Shown piece by piece: positions 58,001-64,000 of a stretch of 64,000 nt of DNA (its first letter is position 1; every line of letters begins with the position of its first letter). The stretch is from Lytechinus pictus (Eukaryota). The notes under the pieces were generated by a model. The model did not search any database, had not been told where the DNA came from, and was given only the letters and a program-made list of their open reading frames with translations. Both the position numbers and the translations under genes were made by a program. The DNA lies in the NCBI RefSeq assembly GCF_037042905.1, contig NC_087250.1, positions 15,192,001 to 15,256,000 on the forward strand. Reading direction: 5' to 3'.

Positions 58001-61000
58001 TTTCTTTTTCTTCTCCTCTTCCTCCTCCTCCTTCTTCTTCTTATTCTTCTTCTTCCATCTTTTTCATCTCCTTCTTTCATTTTCCTTAATAATAATAATT
58101 TCTTACCATCATTATTATCATTATCACCAATAAAAGTGATAAGTATTATTATTATGATCATCGCTGTTATGATCATTATCATTGTAATGTAATATAATTA
58201 CTTATCAATATCATCATCTTTATTCTTCGTCCTCGTAATTTCATCAATCTCATCTGCATAATAAACATAATAAACACAAATCTAAAATAGAAGATGGAAA
58301 ACCAGAAATGGAAATTAGTTTTTCAGATAAAACTAGTTAAAAGTATAACATAGGGGAAATTCCACCCCGTTCAATTTGAGTTACATTGAAAAAAAAAAAA
58401 AAAAAATCAAATATGGCAGCCCGTTAACCCGCTTACAAGAAATACAAGTATGATAAATCCACCAAGTTTAATACCAGATTCGCTCGCCTTTCACGGGTAC
58501 AAGCAGCATGTGACAGCTATAGGGATTCCAGTTACGCCTTACCTCCACCCCTCAGTCCATCAGAGCCGTGTCATGCCGCTTAAATGATCTCATAAACCAT
58601 GCAAGCATTTGCAATCTACTTCTGAGAAGCGAAAGCAAAACAAGAATTGTTTTCGGTGTTGTTAATCATTCGAAAGGATGTTGTATCATAGGGGTCATCC
58701 TTGCCCTTTAGTACATGCCTATACACTGACATCAATAAGTAGGTTTAATCATCACGCTCATGTTGTTTACTTGCATGTTTGTTAATCACAAACAAGTCAT
58801 ATTTTTAAGTATTGACCCTTTTTCAATCATCCATAAGGTATCATGTGAAATACATGTTTGGAGGCCTCTTTGTCTTATGAATATAATCACATGAACGAAA
58901 AAATTATTTAATAATTAACTCTTACATTGATTCATGTGATTTATTTAAAATTCTCATTGAAATATATTGAACGAAGAAATCAAAATATAATAAACTAGTA
59001 ATAGGTACATGTTTAAATACCAGTACGAGTAAAACATGAGAAAATCCGGATATTAGAGAGCCATCACACAAAAGAAGCTTATTACAGAATAAATTAGGAC
59101 GTCAATTGCAAAAGAACAATATTTTTTTAAGATAGAGAAATTAATTGAACAAATGTTAGCACAGATTGCAGTGGTACGTGGATCAATGCATTTATGGCCA
59201 CCCCGAACCATCTCTCTTTTACCCGTTTTAAAAATGACCCGCTTTTTTTCTCTAACGCCAAATTTAAGTGGCCTAATCTTTCTATTTTATCATATCATGT
59301 TATGATTTATTTATTAATTTATTATTAATTTATATAATATATAAATGAATATTATTTATTTATTCTTTCATTCATTCATTCGTTCATTTATTCCCTCATT
59401 CATTTTACTATTTATTATATTAAGAATATTATCTTAGCGATCATTTTATTAATCTTATTTGTTTATATATTTATGTATCTTTGATTGGGGTGGGGCAGAG
59501 AGTGGCACTCCTACGAGGGATCATGATGTAACCATGGTAACTGAATACCCTTTCTCCTTCCCTTTCCTTCAATATATCTCAGCCTCCCACACCCTCCTAG
59601 CCCTCCCAGATCTCTAATAAACCATCTTTCACGCCGTAATGACTCGCAGACTAGTGATGGATACGAAAGCAAAACAAGAATTACCGTCGGTGCTTTTTTA
59701 TCGTCCAATTATGCTGTCCAATTGATATTACACGCTCATCGCTACCCTTTACATTCCAACAGAATAATTTAGGATGAAATGGCGGGGATGACACTAAGGA
59801 AATTGTGTGTCTTGTCGTTCTCTCATCAACAATATAGGGAGTATTGGCTTCCTCAACGACAACGCATGCCGGATTCCAGAACATAGAAAATCTATTGTAA
59901 AATTCCCTTCTTGATAAAGTACAACCAAAAGGTCTTTATCGAAGCTTCGTGAATCAAAACAACAGTTTTATCCTGGACTTTGCATGACAAACACATATTC
60001 TCGATTGTTCGTCAGCTCCGAAACTTAGGACGAAACAGCTTGTCCTGTTCATCAATTTTCGACAAAGACCTTCCTGATTTTCATTGTCCTTTGACGGGAT
60101 TTGCGGAAACAATGAAGAAATCTTCTAGGGCCTGTTTAAAAAAGAGTTGCGTTTAAACGCAAGTCAAAAAATCAAATGCAAGTCCCAAATGCTCGCTGTT
60201 GATTGGTTGAAAATCAAGTCGCGCATGAGGTTTATAGTTGCGATTGATTGCAACTCTTTCTGCAACGGGCCCCTAGACATATAAAGCAAAATTGAACTTA
60301 TATAATTCATTAAATCTGTGTGTATTTTGCATATAATACACACTGGCGTACAGAGGGGGGGGGGGGGGGCAAAAATGATGAAAAAGGGTAAGGAAAATAG
60401 AGGTTTCAAGGGGAAAATATGATGTCGTTTTCTGGATATTGTGTAAAAAACAATCATAAAGCTTATTTTTGTATAAAAAAGGTCAACATTTATGCTATCT
60501 CGCTTCCCTCTCTCTCAGATTCATATATATTTTGCCCCATACGCCTTGTATATACTGATGTATGCCCCCCCCCCCTCCATATTTTTGGCTCATAACTCTA
60601 CATATAAGATATGTCATGTACACTCCTTTATAACACGCTAATGTAATACAACAGTCACACCTACACAGCCGATCAATAATGCTATTCAAAATAACGTATT
60701 AGCTTTGATTGGACTTAGGTCCGTTTCCTTGGAGTGTGACTGCGCCAAAGGCTTAATCGAGAAAGAATCCGATGTCGTAGATTAAGGCGCCTTCTGTCTT
60801 TTCGATGCTTCCAATTTGGCATTGATTAATTGACTTATTCATGTAATGGCATTTCCAGCGAAGCAGCTAATTATAGTGGTGACTGGTCGTATTGTACGCA
60901 GTTGTAGAGTACGGCCATGGTGCTTCAAGGAATTTCAATATACGTACAATTTACCAAGGAGTGTAATCGATATTGTATTCTATTTGAAGTTTTGATTAAT

Positions 61001-61914
61001 TATTTGTTTGCATTGCCTAACAATGGTAGTATTCTTGAATTATTAAAATTGAACACTAATGAATCTATGTGAACAATATGATCCAATTTTTTTTTCTAAG
61101 GAGAAGGGAAATGATTGATGTGTGTGGGGGAAGGTGTGTGTGTGTATGTGTGTGCATGGGGGAATGGTGTCATCCCTCACTTCCACATTGGCCTTCCTTG
61201 TCGACATAACTCTTTTACCTTATTCGGCCTATACATGCATTTAATTGTAAAAATGAGCAAAGTTGCGTCATTTTTGTAAACAAAATATCCATACGATAGA
61301 CAAGGGCGAGCGGCTTTCATGAAATTTTGAAGGAGTAGTTCCATTCTCTGTATAGGCCCCTTTTCTGGAAATCCGGGATCCGCTCCTGGCTATAAAAAGG
61401 GGGGATGTGTTGACCTGGGCCCCGTCTTACAAAGAGTTGCGATTGATCCGATCATTCGCAACTATGGAAAGCCAGCAACATCAACATCTAAAATTACATG
61501 TTTGTTCAATATATTTTCTAGAAATCATGTATATTCATACATTCACCGTTTTCTTGACAAGTATGCTTCTCTTTGTTTTCAAAGCACATTGAGCAAAATT
61601 CCTCAAGAAAAATTATGACATTGATGGATTTCCATATACTTGAGAATGATCGGATCAATCTGAACTCTTTGTAAGACGGTGCCCTGGTCGGCTTGAGAAA
61701 GGCAATACCATGTACACTATTAGTCAGATGGAGTGACACGGCTACATTGGCACGCCAGGAACGCTGTGTCCACATCATCCACATGATCATCATCAAGGGG
61801 AGGGATAGTTTTTATCTTTTGGTTTCACCTTACATTCGGCTAGCTGGTCTTTCAAAACCATTCCGCGGCCCTCGTAGGCCTACGTCATTCATACATGTAT
61901 CCTGTGGAAACGAA

Positions 61915-63095
61915 CGTGTTGTTACACATTATGTTCACAGTGTGTTTACAGTGTATTCACATTATGTTCACAGTGTGTTCACAGTATGTTCACAGTGTGT
62001 TCACAGTGTATTCACATTATGTTCACAGTGTGTTCACAGTATGTTCACAGTGTGTTTACGTTGTATTCAAAGTAGGTTCACTGAGCATGTGTTCACAGTT
62101 TTTTATGCCATGTTCACAATGTGTTAGCTATGTGTCCACAGTGTGTACACCGTTGTTCATATTGTGTTCACATTGGATTCAAAGTAGTTTCATTGTGTGT
62201 GCACAGTGTATTCATGTCATGTTCACAATGCGTTCACATTAACAAAGATAAAAAGCTGGTTCGCAATTGGGCCCTGTTAATTAAAATACATACAAATTAT
62301 AATGGTAAATATATACAGTACATAATATGCAAAATAAACAAGAAATAAATCTTTAAAAATCCCAATTGTGTTCAACACGCGACACTCTGTGAACGCAATT
62401 ACCGTGGACACACTGTGAACGCACTGTGAACGTACTATGAACGAACTGTGAACACACTATGAACGCACTGTGAACACACTATGAATGCACTTTTAACACA
62501 CTATGAACGCACTGTGAACACACTATGAATGCACTGTGAACACACTATGAACGCAATGGGAACACACTATGAATGCACTTTTAACACACTATGAACGCAC
62601 TGTGAACACACTATGAATGCACTGTGAACACACTATGAACGCAATGGGAACACACTATGAACCTACTGTGAACACACTATGAACACACTATGAACGCACT
62701 GTGAACACACTATGAACGCAATGGGAACACACTATGAACCTACTGTGAACACACTATGAACACACTATGAACGCACTGTGAACACACTATGAACGCAATG
62801 TGAACACACTATGAACCTACTGTGAACACACTATGAATGCACTATGAACACACTATGAACGCACTGTGAACACACAATGAACCTACTGTGAATGCACTGT
62901 GAACACACTGTGGTCGCACTGCGAACACACTATGAAGGTACTGTGAACACACTATGAACGCACTGTGAACACACTATGAACTTACTGTGGACACACTATG
63001 AACGTACTGTGAATACACTATGAACCTACTGTGAACGCACTGTGAACGCATTGTGAACATACTGTGAACGCATTGCAGCTTACACTGTGAATAAC
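61915..63095. repeat. Inverted 11-bp minisatellite arrays (foldback-like element)
   Basis: (cagtgtgttca)n at 61915-62240 faces (tgaacacacta/g)n at 62385-63095. Related motifs occur at 54690-54930 and 63530-63850. Confidence 0.85.
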
Positions 63096-63624
63096 CTGTA
63101 AAACACAATGTTAACACATTGCGTTTTTCCGGTATGGTTATCATAATAACAAGAGAAATTCGAGTCAGGTAACAGTGTTGGCTTACAATTGGCTTCATGT
63201 ATACCCACATGTGAATATAAATTATACAGTTAATCAATAATTCATTCGTGCAAGCATAATAAGATTGTGTTGTGCCAGAGGCAAAATATTAGGTCACTGC
63301 CCAATAAAATTGTGACGCGCTTGTTCATTCATGGTTACTTCTATAACTTTAACTATGGGTTAATGTTAATTATTCTACATGAACAAATATTGGTATCGGG
63401 TGCTAATTGTTGAGAACTTCTTGCATTTAAAAAACAGGTATATATATACATATACTTATATTTCATTATGAAAAAAAAAAATCGTTTTTGTCCTCACAAA
63501 CGCGAAACGCAAACATAACGAGGATGCATGTGAACACACATGTGGACACTCACACTAGCGATTATATTCACGCTGTCGAGATGTTCGAAGTGTGAATTCA
63601 TCTTCACATTGTAGTAGCCATGTA

Positions 63625-63803
63625 CACTGGCGGATCAAGGGGGAGGGCAAAGCCGGCCCGTGCCCCCCCCCCCTCCTTGAGAGGCACAATTAAAATTTGT
63701 AATGTAAACATGTCGTTAAAATGGAAGTGTGCCCCCCCCCCTTTTGAAAGTTAAGACTTTTTTTTTTTGCTTGTCAAAATGGAAAATCTTGGATCCGCCC
63801 CTG
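63625..63803. mobile_element. Non-autonomous hAT-like element
   Basis: TIRs CACTGGCGGATC / GATCCGCCCCTG with TSD gccatgta/tccatgta. Confidence 0.8.
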
Positions 63804-64000
63804 TCCATGTAGTCCACGGTGTGAACACACGGTGAACCCACTGTTCAACACTTTGTTTTTTCTAGCAAGGATGTACCGGCCTACTGTACTGTAAATAGGC
63901 CAGACGAAGACAGGTACAAACAGATCCCACATACATCCCTCGAATTAATCAATGCTTTTAGGTACAATGTTGCAAAGTGAAATCAGATCCATGACTTGTG

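Noticed and set aside
61693..62348. Cys/His/Val-rich ORFs resembling zinc fingers
   Set aside because: They are translations of the 11-bp minisatellite.

Overview
AT-rich, intron-containing animal genomic DNA. The repeat landscape suggests an echinoderm such as a sea urchin, but that is inference. Four spliced genes were rebuilt by hand from GT-AG boundaries and reading phase. (1) A minus-strand secreted protein with a divergent IGFBP-like N-domain and a follistatin/Kazal domain; it runs off the window start. (2) A complete 11-exon CNOT11 (CCR4-NOT subunit 11) on the minus strand. (3) A plus-strand 4-exon ankyrin-repeat/death-domain gene, divergent from CNOT11. (4) A minus-strand CD225/dispanin (IFITM/PRRT-like) gene whose frame depends on an 11-nt micro-exon. 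The rest is dense with MITEs, nested hAT-like and Academ-like elements, tRNA-derived SINEs, CR1/L2-type LINE fragments and satellites. The most unusual observations are: an intact-looking 72-nt tRNA cloverleaf with a UCA (opal) anticodon and short variable loop; a LINE inserted at a CNOT11 splice acceptor that leaves an in-frame alternative acceptor into RT sequence; two separate tandem amplifications of CNOT11 coding fragments; and a perfect 42-nt inverted templated patch matching a site 4.4 kb away. No database searches were run.
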